Source: Candidatus Anstonellales archaeon
GTDB taxonomy: Archaea; Micrarchaeota; Micrarchaeia; Anstonellales; J096
Length of the DNA stretch: 64,000 nucleotides
Reading direction: 5' to 3'
NCBI GenBank assembly: GCA_038890615.1
Contig: JAWAFI010000002.1
Coordinates: forward strand, 27,815 to 91,814
In this document: piece after piece, positions 29,673 through 39,709 of the stretch
How the letters are laid out: every line of letters starts with the position of its first letter
How positions within the stretch are numbered: the stretch's first letter is position 1
Program-made: the position numbers and the translations under genes
Notes under the pieces: generated by a model
The model's database searches: none
What the model saw: only the letters and a program-made list of their open reading frames with translations
What the model was told of the DNA's origin: nothing

Positions 29673-31236
29673 TCTTTTCTATTTCTCCCCTATCTATCTT
29701 TCTGAACAGGTTGCCTATTCTTCCAATCTTGATTGCCTTTTGCCCTATTTCCTCCCATTCGCACTTGCCCCCAACCATCTCTGAGATTTTCCTGCTGCTC
29801 TCAGGCAGGTAAGGGCTCAGCAGTGGGCCAAGCGCCTTCAGCCAGTTTGCGCAAGCTGTCAGTGTCCTATTCTTAACTTCGGCATTCTTCCATGGCTCCC
29901 TTTCATTAAGAAGGGCGTTGTACCTGCTGTTTTCGTTCACAATCCTGTCAAGCGCCTCCTTTATCCTAAACCTTTCCACCTCTGCAACCACCTCCTCCTT
30001 GAGCTTGGCTACATCCTCCCTCATCCTCCTTTCCTCCTCACTCTCTTCATATTTAAACCCAAGTTTTTCTGCAAGCACTGAGACCCTTTTGGCGAAGTTG
30101 CCTATGTTGCCAACCAAGTCGTTGTTTATCCTATTGGCAAAATCATCCAAGTTAAAATCCGAGTCAGCAAGGCTGAAAGGGGTTATTTGCGTCTCATAAT
30201 ACCTTAGATACTCTGCAGGGAAAACCTGCAGGAACTCATCTACTGTTATGTAGTGCTTCCTGCTCTTTGAGAATTTCCTGCCCTCAAGAGTAAGATGGCC
30301 CCTTACAGGTATTGCGCTCGGCAACTTTATGCCAATGTCCGCTGCCATTATCATTGCAGGCCAGAATAGGTAGTGGTGGTAAACTATGTCCTTGCCTATA
30401 AAATGCACTATCCTGCCATTCCAGTACTCCTTCCATTTAGGGGTAAGAGCAACAGTGCTGCTTATATAACCGATTGGGGCGTCAAACCAAACATAAAACA
30501 CCTTTCCTTTCTCAGCAGGCACGCCCCAGTCCAAATCCCTGACTATGTCCCAGTCAACGAGCCCCTCCTTTATCCAATTGAGAACATAGTTTTTAACCTC
30601 GTCCTGCATCTCTTTGTTTCCCTTTATCCATTCCTCCAGCTTAGGCCCAAACGCCTTCAGGTTGAAGAATGAGTGCTCTGACCTCTTTTTTGATGGCTTT
30701 TTCCTGCAGACAGAGCACTTTGGCTCCTTTATTTCACCTGGCCCTATTGTCCGTCCACAAGCTTCACAGCCATCGCTGTATTGGTCCTCTGCCCCGCAGT
30801 GGGGGCAAATGCCAATGACAAACCTGTCAGGAAGGAATCTATTGCAGGTTTCGCAGTAGTAAAGCTCTACCTCCTTGGTGTAAATATAACCGCGCTCCTT
30901 TGCCCTTTGGAAAAAAAGCAAGGTCATCTCCTTGTTTTCCTTGCTTGAGGTCCTGTGGAATACGTCAAAATCTATAAGCAGCTTCCTGAATGTCTCCTTG
31001 TCCTTCTCGTGGTATTTCTTTACAAACTCCTCTGCGCTCACTCCTTCCTTTTCAGCCCCAGCCACTATAGGGGTGCCATGCTCGTCTGTTGCGCATACAT
31101 ATATTGCATCCTTTCCAAGTGCCTTCATGAACCTGGTATATATATCTGCTGGCAGGTAGGTGCTCCTTATGTGGCCTAAATGAAGCTCCCCGTTTGCATA
31201 AGGCAATGCAGCAGTAACTACTATCCTTTCTTCCAT
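29641..31236 (-). CDS. metG: Methionine--tRNA ligase
   Basis: ALPYANGELHLGH, DEHGTPI, zinc knuckle, YVWFDAPIGY, KFSKS. Confidence 0.97.
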   Translation of the reverse strand: MEERIVVTAALPYANGELHLGHIRSTYLPADIYTRFMKALGKDAIYVCATDEHGTPIVAGAEKEGVSAEEFVKKYHEKDKETFRKLLIDFDVFHRTSSKENKEMTLLFFQRAKERGYIYTKEVELYYCETCNRFLPDRFVIGICPHCGAEDQYSDGCEACGRTIGPGEIKEPKCSVCRKKPSKKRSEHSFFNLKAFGPKLEEWIKGNKEMQDEVKNYVLNWIKEGLVDWDIVRDLDWGVPAEKGKVFYVWFDAPIGYISSTVALTPKWKEYWNGRIVHFIGKDIVYHHYLFWPAMIMAADIGIKLPSAIPVRGHLTLEGRKFSKSRKHYITVDEFLQVFPAEYLRYYETQITPFSLADSDFNLDDFANRINNDLVGNIGNFAKRVSVLAEKLGFKYEESEEERRMREDVAKLKEEVVAEVERFRIKEALDRIVNENSRYNALLNEREPWKNAEVKNRTLTACANWLKALGPLLSPYLPESSRKISEMVGGKCEWEEIGQKAIKIGRIGNLFRKIDRGEIEKIRGMLQKRAQ

Positions 31237-31273
31237 AGCCTTTCTTCAATGATAAACTTATTAAAAGATAAGG

Positions 31274-32035
31274 TTAAAGCTCCCTTTTTAAAAGCGAAGC
31301 AAGCTTTTTGTTGCAGTTGATTAGCCCTGTATAAATCTGAATCCCTACTGTAAGGTTTCTGAAGCGATTGCACTCCTTGCTTAGTTTTCTTCCGTATTCC
31401 CTTATCATTGCCCAGCTAAGCCCATAGTTGACCCTGTCAAGCAGGTCGAGCGCTGTTTTCCCATCCATGTTCCTAAGGAAGGGGTTTACTCCTGCTCTGA
31501 AAAGAAGGGTTTTTATTACATAATGGTTCTTTTCCCCAAGCACTGCATAGTGCAATGCTGTGTTTCCCTCCTTGCTTTTTATTCCAGCATCTGCCCCATA
31601 GTCCAACAGCAGGTTTAGAATATCATAGTCTCCAGAATAAGAAGCCTTCATGAGTGCTGTTTCCCCTTTTTGGTTCCTTGCATTTACCTTTGCACCTAAT
31701 TTCAGCAATAATTCCACTGCATAAAAGGCCCCTGTTTCAGAAGCCCTTATGAGTGCAGTGTTCCTTTCCTTGTCCCTCCAGTTCGGGTCTATTTCTGCCT
31801 CTAACATAATTTTCATAACTTCTACATCGTTTTTGCGTGCTGAATCTATGAAAATTTCAGCCAGCCTTTCCCTCCCTTCCTTCGTCTCTTTCATCTTCTT
31901 CATCTGCTCCACCAATTCCCTGTGCTTTGCCTCCTCATCCCTTTTCCCTTCAACAAGCCCATCCTTTTTTTCAAAACCCTTCTTAGCTGCCTTTTCCTCT
32001 TTTCCATTCTCCTTATTTTCAACCTTTTCAACCAT
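31274..32035 (-). CDS. Ankyrin-repeat protein (divergent family member)
   Basis: NTALIRAS, GETALMKAS, GNTALHYA; C-terminal LINCNKKLASLL motif. Confidence 0.9.
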   Translation of the reverse strand: MVEKVENKENGKEEKAAKKGFEKKDGLVEGKRDEEAKHRELVEQMKKMKETKEGRERLAEIFIDSARKNDVEVMKIMLEAEIDPNWRDKERNTALIRASETGAFYAVELLLKLGAKVNARNQKGETALMKASYSGDYDILNLLLDYGADAGIKSKEGNTALHYAVLGEKNHYVIKTLLFRAGVNPFLRNMDGKTALDLLDRVNYGLSWAMIREYGRKLSKECNRFRNLTVGIQIYTGLINCNKKLASLLKREL

Positions 32036-32037
32036 CC

Positions 32038-32535
32038 CTATTCCTCCCCTTCAAGCACCCTTTTGGCTTTGTGGATGGCTTCTCCAGCTCTTCTGCTTTT
32101 CAACAGAGCCATAGCAGCCCAATACCTAACCTCTGGCTCAGGGTCATCGATGGCTTGCTTAAGCGCCTCCAATTCTTTGCTGCTTAGTATTTTCTCTCCC
32201 ACTAAAGAAAGCGCCCATGCTGCCTTCTTCCTTACCTCTGTGCTCTTGTCGCCAAGCGCATCAGCAAGCAACCCGATGCATGATTCTATGCCAAGCCCCT
32301 TTGCTGCTGTTTTCCCAAGGCATTCTGCAGCTGCTTCCCTTACTCTCTCATCCTTGTCTTTCAGCCCTTCAGCAAAAACTTCTGCTGCCCCTTCCTTTCC
32401 TAGAAGGCCTTCCATAAGCTTTATTTTTTCTGATGTTCCTATTGTGCTGAGCATCCCTATCCTCTCATCTGCTATGGGCTCAATCCTTTCTTTCCTGCAT
32501 TCTCTGCCTCCTTCTTTTTTGCACACCTTTTCCAT
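32038..32535 (-). CDS. HEAT-repeat protein
   Basis: LKDKDERVREAAAECLG, LGDKSTEVRKKAAWAL, DDPEPEVRYWAAMAL. Confidence 0.85.
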   Translation of the reverse strand: MEKVCKKEGGRECRKERIEPIADERIGMLSTIGTSEKIKLMEGLLGKEGAAEVFAEGLKDKDERVREAAAECLGKTAAKGLGIESCIGLLADALGDKSTEVRKKAAWALSLVGEKILSSKELEALKQAIDDPEPEVRYWAAMALLKSRRAGEAIHKAKRVLEGEE

Positions 32536-32674
32536 GAAAAATGTACATTCTGCACCTTTATAATGATTGCCCTGCAAATAGAAAGCTTTTTAAATAGACC
32601 CACCACAATTACCATGTGAAAAGAATAGAGGGGATGCTTAGGCATTCTTTTTCTATTGGCAAGAGGTTGAAAAA

Positions 32675-32980
32675 ATGAGCAAGAAACTGTATGTAGGAAA
32701 CCTGCCCTTTAGCGTGACGCAGGACCAGCTTAAGGAGATGTTCTCTTCTTACGGCTCTGTGTCAGAGGCTATTGTTATATCAGACAGAATGTCTGGCAGG
32801 TCTAAAGGATTTGGTTTTGTAACCTTTGATGAAGATGCCGCAGCTGACAAAGCTATGGCAGAAATGAACGGGAAAGATGTAGAAGGCAGACAGATTAAGG
32901 TTACAGAAGCCAGGCCGCCTTCTCCAGGTGGAAGAGGCGGCTTTGGAAGGGGCCCAGGAAGAGGAAGAGACGAGTTCTAA
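32675..32980 (+). CDS. RRM (RNP-1) RNA-binding protein with Gly/Arg-rich tail
   Basis: KLYVGNLP (RNP2), SKGFGFVTF (RNP1), GGRGGFGRG tail. Confidence 0.95.
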   Translation: MSKKLYVGNLPFSVTQDQLKEMFSSYGSVSEAIVISDRMSGRSKGFGFVTFDEDAAADKAMAEMNGKDVEGRQIKVTEARPPSPGGRGGFGRGPGRGRDEF

Positions 32981-33053
32981 GCCCTTTATAACCTGTCCTA
33001 ACCTTTCCCATTTTTCCCAAAACATATTTAATGATTGCCTAATTTAGTGCTTT

Positions 33054-33965
33054 ATGGATGAAGAGGAGAAAGCTGATTATAGCAAGATCAGCCGCAAGTT
33101 CAAAGAGGTGGCTGACTCAAACGCGCGCCTTGACTTAATAAAGGCAATAAAGCTTTATTCCCAAGGGAGCAAGGATGAGTCACTAAAACTCCTTAGCTCT
33201 ATAATTGAGGAAGCGCCATCTATCGCAGCTTCAATGCTGTACTCCCCAAAAAGCGAGCTTGCTGATGAGTTTTCAAAGCTCCGCTTCTTTTCAATTTTCT
33301 TTGCAATGCTTAAATCAGTGAAGCGGTATGATGCAATTGTTGCCACAATCCTTTTTTCATTCAGGGACAAGAAGCACTATCCCATTGAGCTAGTAACTAC
33401 CATCCTCCCTTTCATGCAGGACAAAGAATTCATAAGCGAATTCAGCTCCTCTTTAGAGGAGCATCCAAGGGAGCTTCTTCAGTTCTTGGTTGATTCTGAA
33501 GAGCAGGAGTTTGTCAAGCCGTTCAGGAAGTTCATAAAGGATTACATAGAGGAAAACTTTGGGGATGACCAGTACACGGCAATAAAGGCCATTTCTTTAA
33601 TAAAGGATTCTGCCACTGAAAGGTTCCTTCTTGGCTATATAGATGATTGGGATGAAGAGGTACGCCGTCTTGTCCTGCTGTACTTTATGAATTCGCAAAG
33701 CCATGAGATAGGCAGTGAATTTGTGAATGCCCTTATCTCTGAAAAGGACAGGCGCCTAAGGGCATTGCTAAAGCACATAATAATGAACAACTTCTCTAGG
33801 CTAAAGGATCACATCATAAAGGAAATCAAGAAGAATAAGTTAGAAGCATCAAAGGACCTTCTTCATGTAGCCTTCATGATGATGGATAAAAAGGAATTAA
33901 GTGAACTTGCAGATGAGCTAAGCGATGAAAAGCGAAACTATTTATTAAACAAGATGTACATTTGA
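33054..33965 (+). CDS. Hypothetical alpha-helical (HEAT-like) protein
   Basis: 303-aa ORF; YIDDWDEEVRRLVL unit; first gene of the dim2-top6BA run. Confidence 0.65.
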   Translation: MDEEEKADYSKISRKFKEVADSNARLDLIKAIKLYSQGSKDESLKLLSSIIEEAPSIAASMLYSPKSELADEFSKLRFFSIFFAMLKSVKRYDAIVATILFSFRDKKHYPIELVTTILPFMQDKEFISEFSSSLEEHPRELLQFLVDSEEQEFVKPFRKFIKDYIEENFGDDQYTAIKAISLIKDSATERFLLGYIDDWDEEVRRLVLLYFMNSQSHEIGSEFVNALISEKDRRLRALLKHIIMNNFSRLKDHIIKEIKKNKLEASKDLLHVAFMMMDKKELSELADELSDEKRNYLLNKMYI

Positions 33966-33970
33966 TTGCC

Positions 33971-34495
33971 ATGACCAGCATAATAAGGATCCCACAAACC
34001 ATGGTGGAACAGGCAAAGGAGGCATGTTCAGCCATAAAAGGGCTAGTTAAGGCAAAGCTTAGCGTGAGCGAGGACGGAACTGTTGAGATTGAAGGGGATG
34101 CTCTTGAGGAGCAGAGGGTCTGCCTTGTAATGAAAGCGATCGGAAGGGGGTTTGATAAGGAGGATGCACTTCTGCTCCTTGATGATGAGTATGAATTAAG
34201 GGCAATAAACCTTAAGGATTATTTCAGCTCCCCTGGCCACTTCAAGCGCATAAAAGGAAGAGTCATAGGAAGGGGCGGGAGCATAAAGAAGAGCATAGAA
34301 AGCTCCACCTTCTCAAGGATAAGCGTATGGGGGAACCATATCTCAATAATAGCCCCTTACTACTCCCTTCCATATGCAGAAGAGGCAGTAGGAATGATTA
34401 TAAGAGGGTCAAAGCATTCAACCCTTGGGAATTACCTTTCCAAGGCAAGGAAGGACCTCATTTACACCCAGCTAAAAGGTGAAAAGAATGTTTGA
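33971..34495 (+). CDS. KH-domain rRNA processing factor Dim2/Pno1
   Basis: KAIGRGF...ALLLLDD, RIKGRVIGRGG, GSKHST. Confidence 0.9.
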   Translation: MTSIIRIPQTMVEQAKEACSAIKGLVKAKLSVSEDGTVEIEGDALEEQRVCLVMKAIGRGFDKEDALLLLDDEYELRAINLKDYFSSPGHFKRIKGRVIGRGGSIKKSIESSTFSRISVWGNHISIIAPYYSLPYAEEAVGMIIRGSKHSTLGNYLSKARKDLIYTQLKGEKNV

Positions 34496-36083
34496 GGATT
34501 TCAAGGAATACTCAGTGGCTGAGTTTTTCAAGAAGAACAGGCAGATGATTGGCTTCAGCGGAAAGGTAAAAAGCCTCACAGTGATAGTGCATGAGTACTT
34601 TACAAACAGCATGGATGCTTGCGAGGAGGCAGGAATACTGCCTGACATAAAGGTGGCAATAACGCAGGAAGATGAGGAGCGCTACACGGTTGAGGTATGG
34701 GACAATGGGCCTGGCATCCCAAAATCCATCCTTGGAAAGGCCCTTGGGAAGATGCTCACAGGCACAAAGTTCCACCGCTATGTGCAGCAGAGGGGGCAGC
34801 AAGGAATAGGCGCAGCAGGGTGCACCATGTTTTCTTACCTTACTACCGGCAAGCCAATAGAGGTGGTCTCACGCTACAAAGGAAATGAAGTAAGGGCCAC
34901 AATAGGGCTTGACATCCAAAGGAATGAGCCGGTAATGAATGTTATGGAAGAGAAAAAGCTCGAATCCCAAGAGCATGGCCTTTATGTTAAAGCTTACTTC
35001 TCAGATGTCAAGTATGATAAGAGCAGCTACAGCCCTTCTGAATACATAAAGCTTTCTGCCCTTTCCAACCCTCATGCCCAAATAGAGTTCATAGAGCCAT
35101 CAGGCCAGCGTTTCCTCTATCCAAGAGTGGTAAACGAGCTCCCTCCACGCCCAGTTGAGATAAAGCCCCATCCCCTTGGAGTTGACAGGCATATGCTTTT
35201 TGAGATGATGAAAGCATCCAAGCCGATGCGCATTTCCGCATTTCTCACATCAGAATTCTCGCGCTTCTCTTCAGCGAAGCTGGATGAGCTTCGCACTGCA
35301 TGCCCAAGCGTTGACCTTTCCAAAAAGACAAGCGAAATCACTTGGGAAGAGGCAGAGAAGATTGTAAAGGCAATTCAAAGCATTAAATGGATGGCGCCTC
35401 CTACTGATTGCCTTAGCGGCATAGGGGCTCAGCAAATGGAGAAGGCGCTCTCTAGCATCCTAAATCCCCAGTTCTTGAAGGTTGTCGAAAGGCCTCCAAA
35501 GGTTTACCGGGGTGGTGTGCCGTTCAAGGTTGAAGCAGCTATTGCCTATGCCCCTAACTTTGGCAAAACCCAAGTTCTGCGATATGCCAACAGGGTGCCC
35601 CTTATGTTTGATGCAGGGGCTTGTGCAATAACCGAAACAGTAAAGTCGATTGATTGGAAGCGCTACAACATTGACATAGAGAACAACGCAGTGATAATGG
35701 TAAACCTTTCAAGCGTTTTCGTGCCTTATCTAACTGCAGGTAAGCAGGCAATATCTCCTGAAGAAGAGATAGTTGCAGAGATCAGGAATGCGTTGATGGA
35801 AGCAGCAAGGGGAGTTTCTGGGTTCATAAGCAGCGAGGTGCGTGAAAGGGAAAAAGGCAAAAGGAAGAAGATATTCCTTAAGTATGTCCCCCAGATTGCA
35901 GCAGACCTTGCATACCTCTCAGATGTAAGGCAAGAGGTGCTCATGAAGGCAATGGAAAAAGTCATTGAAAAGAGGATGGGTGAAATAGAGGAGATGGAGA
36001 ATGAAGATGAAGCCGAACCATTGCCTAGCAAGGAAAAGGAAAAAGGTGATGAAAATGGTGAAGCCGCTGGAGAAGCTGAATGA
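34488..36083 (+). CDS. top6B: DNA topoisomerase VI subunit B
   Basis: SVAEFFKKN, NSMDACEEAGILP, DNGPGI, RGQQGIG, RYANRVPL. Confidence 0.96.
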   Translation: MFEDFKEYSVAEFFKKNRQMIGFSGKVKSLTVIVHEYFTNSMDACEEAGILPDIKVAITQEDEERYTVEVWDNGPGIPKSILGKALGKMLTGTKFHRYVQQRGQQGIGAAGCTMFSYLTTGKPIEVVSRYKGNEVRATIGLDIQRNEPVMNVMEEKKLESQEHGLYVKAYFSDVKYDKSSYSPSEYIKLSALSNPHAQIEFIEPSGQRFLYPRVVNELPPRPVEIKPHPLGVDRHMLFEMMKASKPMRISAFLTSEFSRFSSAKLDELRTACPSVDLSKKTSEITWEEAEKIVKAIQSIKWMAPPTDCLSGIGAQQMEKALSSILNPQFLKVVERPPKVYRGGVPFKVEAAIAYAPNFGKTQVLRYANRVPLMFDAGACAITETVKSIDWKRYNIDIENNAVIMVNLSSVFVPYLTAGKQAISPEEEIVAEIRNALMEAARGVSGFISSEVREREKGKRKKIFLKYVPQIAADLAYLSDVRQEVLMKAMEKVIEKRMGEIEEMENEDEAEPLPSKEKEKGDENGEAAGEAE

Positions 36084-37146
36084 TTTTGGTAAGAATCTTG
36101 CAGAGCGCATAATACGTGGCGAAGAGCCCTCTTTTGAGCTTCCTGTTCGCTCGCGCAGCAATGTTGTTTTTGACCCATCTGTGGGCTACCTGCGCCTTGG
36201 GCAAAACAAAGAGGTTCGCAAGTACCTGAGCCTTTCGCAGGCAAAAAAATTCATGCAAACCCTGTCTGTTGCAGCCAAGGTCAAGAAATTTGTAAAAGAA
36301 GGGCTGCATACAAGCATAAGGGGCCTTTACTACCAGCTCAAGTTTACGCTTGGGGAAGATATAGACGAAGACCTTTTCACTGAGCAGGAGGAATCCAATG
36401 TGCTAATAGAGGACCTTGAGTCAGCCCTAACCTTAAAAAGAGAGGATTTCAACCTGACCACAGACAGGAAAGGGGTTATGGCAGGCCCTATAATGCTCAT
36501 TGACAAGTTTGCGGGCGAGACGATAGAGATTGACGGCACAAGGCAGGGAAGGAGCGGCTGGGCTGTCCCAAGCGATGTGGACAATGGAATTGAAATAAAA
36601 AAGATAGAGGCTGATTATGTGCTGGTTGTCGAAAAGGATGCCTTATGGCAAAGGCTCAATGAAGACAAGTTTTGGGACAAGAACAACTGCATACTGATAA
36701 CCCCTAAAGGACAGGCCTCAAGGGGCGTTAGGAGGCTCATAAGGAAGCTTGCCGATGCAGGGCTCCCAATATACTTTTTCACTGACTGCGATGCATGGGG
36801 CTGGTATATTTACTGGACTGCAAAAACAGGAAGCATGAACCTCGCCTACCTAGGAAGGGACTTTGCAGTGCCTGAAGCAAAGTTCTTGGGAGTAACTATG
36901 AGCGACATAAAAGAGTTTGATTTCCTCCAAAAGCTCACAATAAAGGCAAAGGATATAGATCTGAGGAGGGCGCAGGAGCTCCTTAGTTATGAGTGGATAG
37001 GGCGCTACAAGGACTGGCAGAAGGAGCTCAACCTTGTGCTTAAGGAGAAGAAGAAGCTTGAGCAGGACGCACTTCAGGGACCTCGGCTGACATTTGTTGG
37101 TGACTATGTTGAGCAAAAGATAAAAAAGAAGGAGTTTTTATCCTAA
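36055..37146 (+). CDS. top6A: DNA topoisomerase VI subunit A
   Basis: SIRGLYY, VVEKDA, KGQASRGVR, TDCDAWGWYI, KKLEQDAL. Confidence 0.96.
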   Translation: MVKPLEKLNDFGKNLAERIIRGEEPSFELPVRSRSNVVFDPSVGYLRLGQNKEVRKYLSLSQAKKFMQTLSVAAKVKKFVKEGLHTSIRGLYYQLKFTLGEDIDEDLFTEQEESNVLIEDLESALTLKREDFNLTTDRKGVMAGPIMLIDKFAGETIEIDGTRQGRSGWAVPSDVDNGIEIKKIEADYVLVVEKDALWQRLNEDKFWDKNNCILITPKGQASRGVRRLIRKLADAGLPIYFFTDCDAWGWYIYWTAKTGSMNLAYLGRDFAVPEAKFLGVTMSDIKEFDFLQKLTIKAKDIDLRRAQELLSYEWIGRYKDWQKELNLVLKEKKKLEQDALQGPRLTFVGDYVEQKIKKKEFLS

Positions 37147-37148
37147 AC

Positions 37149-38378
37149 ATGGAAAACAAGCTAATATATGATGCAATAGAATTCCTTTCCTCAATAACCA
37201 GCTATGATCCTTCCAACATTGAAAAACTTAGGGTGCTCAAGGAGCAAATGCTCCAAATGGGCTTTGATTCACCTTTCAAGCCGATGCTCTCGCTGCCTTC
37301 ATTTGATGATGAAGAGATGAGCGAAGCAGAGGCGCATGATGTAAAGAAGCACCTCTCCTATTTCCGCTACCGCGCTTTTCTCAAGAAGTCATTGCTAAGG
37401 CAGGTGCAGCTTTCAATCGCCGCGCACAAGGTTTACAAAGCACTTGAGAGCTATGGCGCTCCGGATATCCTTCCTTATATCCCTTTGAAAGGCAACCATG
37501 TTGACATGTTCATTCGCTATGGGATTGATTCCCTTTTAGTTTACAAGCATCTTAGCAGCCTGCTTTCAAAGCATGCAGATGAAGAATATTACTATATCGT
37601 AAATCTCAAAACAAAAAAAGGCATTGAGGCAAGGAAGGTCCAGAGGCTCAAAGGGCTAAAGGAGGTTGTGTCAAGCAAGAGATTTGTGCGCTCAAAGAAG
37701 CTCATCTCCTCCACCCCAATATCAATCTCCTACCTGACTGCGATAGCCACTTACACTTCAAGCTCTGTTCCAGAAGAATCAGGGATTTCTGATTCTTTGC
37801 GCTCCTACAACCAAGTGCTTAAGGAGCACGGGATAGTGCCATTTGTATTCATGGACAAGGTGGAAGGCTTTGAGCATGTGAAGGAGGCATTAGCCAAAAA
37901 AGGGTTTATGCTTGAGCAGAAGGATGATTTCATACTCTCCCCTAAGATTGAGGCAGAGCTGCGGGAAGTGCGGAGGCGCAGGATGGAAAAGCTCAAGCAA
38001 GTTGCAACCCTGCTTTTCTTGACGCCACTGCTTAAGTTCTACCTTCTCAAATCAAGGAGGCAGAGGGAATCAAACCCTTTGATCCCTTCAATCGAGACTG
38101 AGCCCTCATCAAACCAGCTTTCAATATTTTCTGCGCTTGCAGAAGAAGAGGCGCGCCTGAAAGGCATTGAAAAGGCGCTTTCTGAGAAGCTTATGCTTGA
38201 AAAGGCAGTGAAGGACCAGCAGAGATTAGCTGTTTCCCTGCTTAAAGTGCACACATCTCTTCCAAGCACATGGATTGCTGACTTTTGCTCTGTGAATGTG
38301 GAATATGTTGAAAAAGTGCAGCCATGGCATTCCTTCATAAAAGGTGGCAGGGGTGAAAGGTTCCTCAAGGAGCTTTAA
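37149..38378 (+). CDS. Conserved archaeal hypothetical protein, possibly DUF530-like
   Basis: LKEQMLQMGFDSPF...LKKSLLRQVQLSIAAHK resembles DUF530 from memory. Confidence 0.55.
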   Translation: MENKLIYDAIEFLSSITSYDPSNIEKLRVLKEQMLQMGFDSPFKPMLSLPSFDDEEMSEAEAHDVKKHLSYFRYRAFLKKSLLRQVQLSIAAHKVYKALESYGAPDILPYIPLKGNHVDMFIRYGIDSLLVYKHLSSLLSKHADEEYYYIVNLKTKKGIEARKVQRLKGLKEVVSSKRFVRSKKLISSTPISISYLTAIATYTSSSVPEESGISDSLRSYNQVLKEHGIVPFVFMDKVEGFEHVKEALAKKGFMLEQKDDFILSPKIEAELREVRRRRMEKLKQVATLLFLTPLLKFYLLKSRRQRESNPLIPSIETEPSSNQLSIFSALAEEEARLKGIEKALSEKLMLEKAVKDQQRLAVSLLKVHTSLPSTWIADFCSVNVEYVEKVQPWHSFIKGGRGERFLKEL

Positions 38379-38658
38379 GCTTGTAGGCAAGAGCACTGCG
38401 CTTCTTAATTCACAATTGACTAAGGAAGTTGCCTTAGAGATTGCAAGAAACGAGCAAATAAAGGAAGTAGTGGTTTCCCAGACAAACTTGAAAAGGGCTT
38501 CCTTGCCTGTGTTGCGTGCCCTGCGCAAAGTGGGCATCACAATACGCACCAAGCCGTCTTTCAGGAAAAGAATCCTAAAGCGCGTTTCTTTATCCCTCAA
38601 CAAGAGCAAATCCCTCAGGTCAGCAGGCCTCTCTAAAAGCTTCTTTTATAGGAAGTAG
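38344..38658 (+). CDS. Small basic hypothetical protein
   Basis: 104-aa Lys/Arg-rich ORF ending immediately before the tyrS stop. Confidence 0.55.
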   Translation: MAGVKGSSRSFKLVGKSTALLNSQLTKEVALEIARNEQIKEVVVSQTNLKRASLPVLRALRKVGITIRTKPSFRKRILKRVSLSLNKSKSLRSAGLSKSFFYRK

Positions 38659-39702
38659 CTACCTGCTTACCTTGCCTTTGACCATTTCAATTATGCTTTC
38701 CTTTCCCTTGAACCTTTGCCTCACAGGCTCAATCATTTCATTGAGCTCTCTTGCAACTGCTGCCTTTAGGTCAAGCGGGTGTATCTTGCCTTGTGAATAA
38801 AGCGATGCCAGTTCGCCATCTATCTCAACTTCTATGTCGCCCCCAAACTCCTTCTTCCTTTCAATAAGGAGCGTTTCCTTTGATGCCCCTATTACATAGC
38901 TAGCTATCTCATACACAGGGTTGCCTTCTACCTGCCTTTCAGGGCAGAATGCCTTTTTGACCTTTCTCTCAACTTCTTCCTTGCTCTCGTGCAAATAGAT
39001 TGCTGTTTCTGGCCTGCTCTTGCTCATCTTGGCATCAAGAAGCTCCTCATCCTTGTAAGGGTCCATCTTCTTTGAGCTCTGGAGGCTGGGGAGTATGTGG
39101 TTGTGCACTGCTACAAAAGAGGGATTTATCTCCCTTGCAAAAACATGGACCTTCCTCTGGTCCATCCCTGCGTGCGCTATGTCTATGCCCATATAAAATA
39201 TGTCCGCTGCCTGCATGAGCGGATAAATTATGTTTGCTGTGTGTATGCTCTCCCCTTCCTTCCTGCCCATTATGGTTGAGCACCTGAGCGCCCTCTTTAT
39301 TGTAGCCCTCTTGCTGAGCTCAAGCACAAGCTTCCAGTAGTCTTCTTTGTATATTTCGCTTGCAAGCACATAGTTGGCATCATCTATGCCCATTGCCCTG
39401 TACAGCTCAGTAAAGTATTCCCTTCCAGCCTTTTGTATAAGCTCCAAATCCCCTCCAAGCTTGTTGTTTATCCATGCGTGGTAATCCGCAAGGAAAACAT
39501 TAAGCTCTATTCCTGCTTTCTTAAAATGCTTCATCTTCTCTGCTATAAGCAGGTTGCCTATGTGCCCTATGCCTGAAACCTCAAAACCTATGTAGTGCTT
39601 GGGCCTGCTCTTTTCTTCAAACAGCTTCCTTAAATCTTCTGGCGTTATCACTTCCTCTGTTGGCTTTCTCATCACAAGAGCAATCCTCTCTTCTATGTCC
39701 AT
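38659..39702 (-). CDS. tyrS: Tyrosine--tRNA ligase (archaeal)
   Basis: YIGFEVSG..HIG, ADYHA, YPLMQAADI, GMDQRK, KMSKS, HPLDLK. Confidence 0.97.
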   Translation of the reverse strand: MDIEERIALVMRKPTEEVITPEDLRKLFEEKSRPKHYIGFEVSGIGHIGNLLIAEKMKHFKKAGIELNVFLADYHAWINNKLGGDLELIQKAGREYFTELYRAMGIDDANYVLASEIYKEDYWKLVLELSKRATIKRALRCSTIMGRKEGESIHTANIIYPLMQAADIFYMGIDIAHAGMDQRKVHVFAREINPSFVAVHNHILPSLQSSKKMDPYKDEELLDAKMSKSRPETAIYLHESKEEVERKVKKAFCPERQVEGNPVYEIASYVIGASKETLLIERKKEFGGDIEVEIDGELASLYSQGKIHPLDLKAAVARELNEMIEPVRQRFKGKESIIEMVKGKVSR

Positions 39703-39709
39703 GGGGGTT

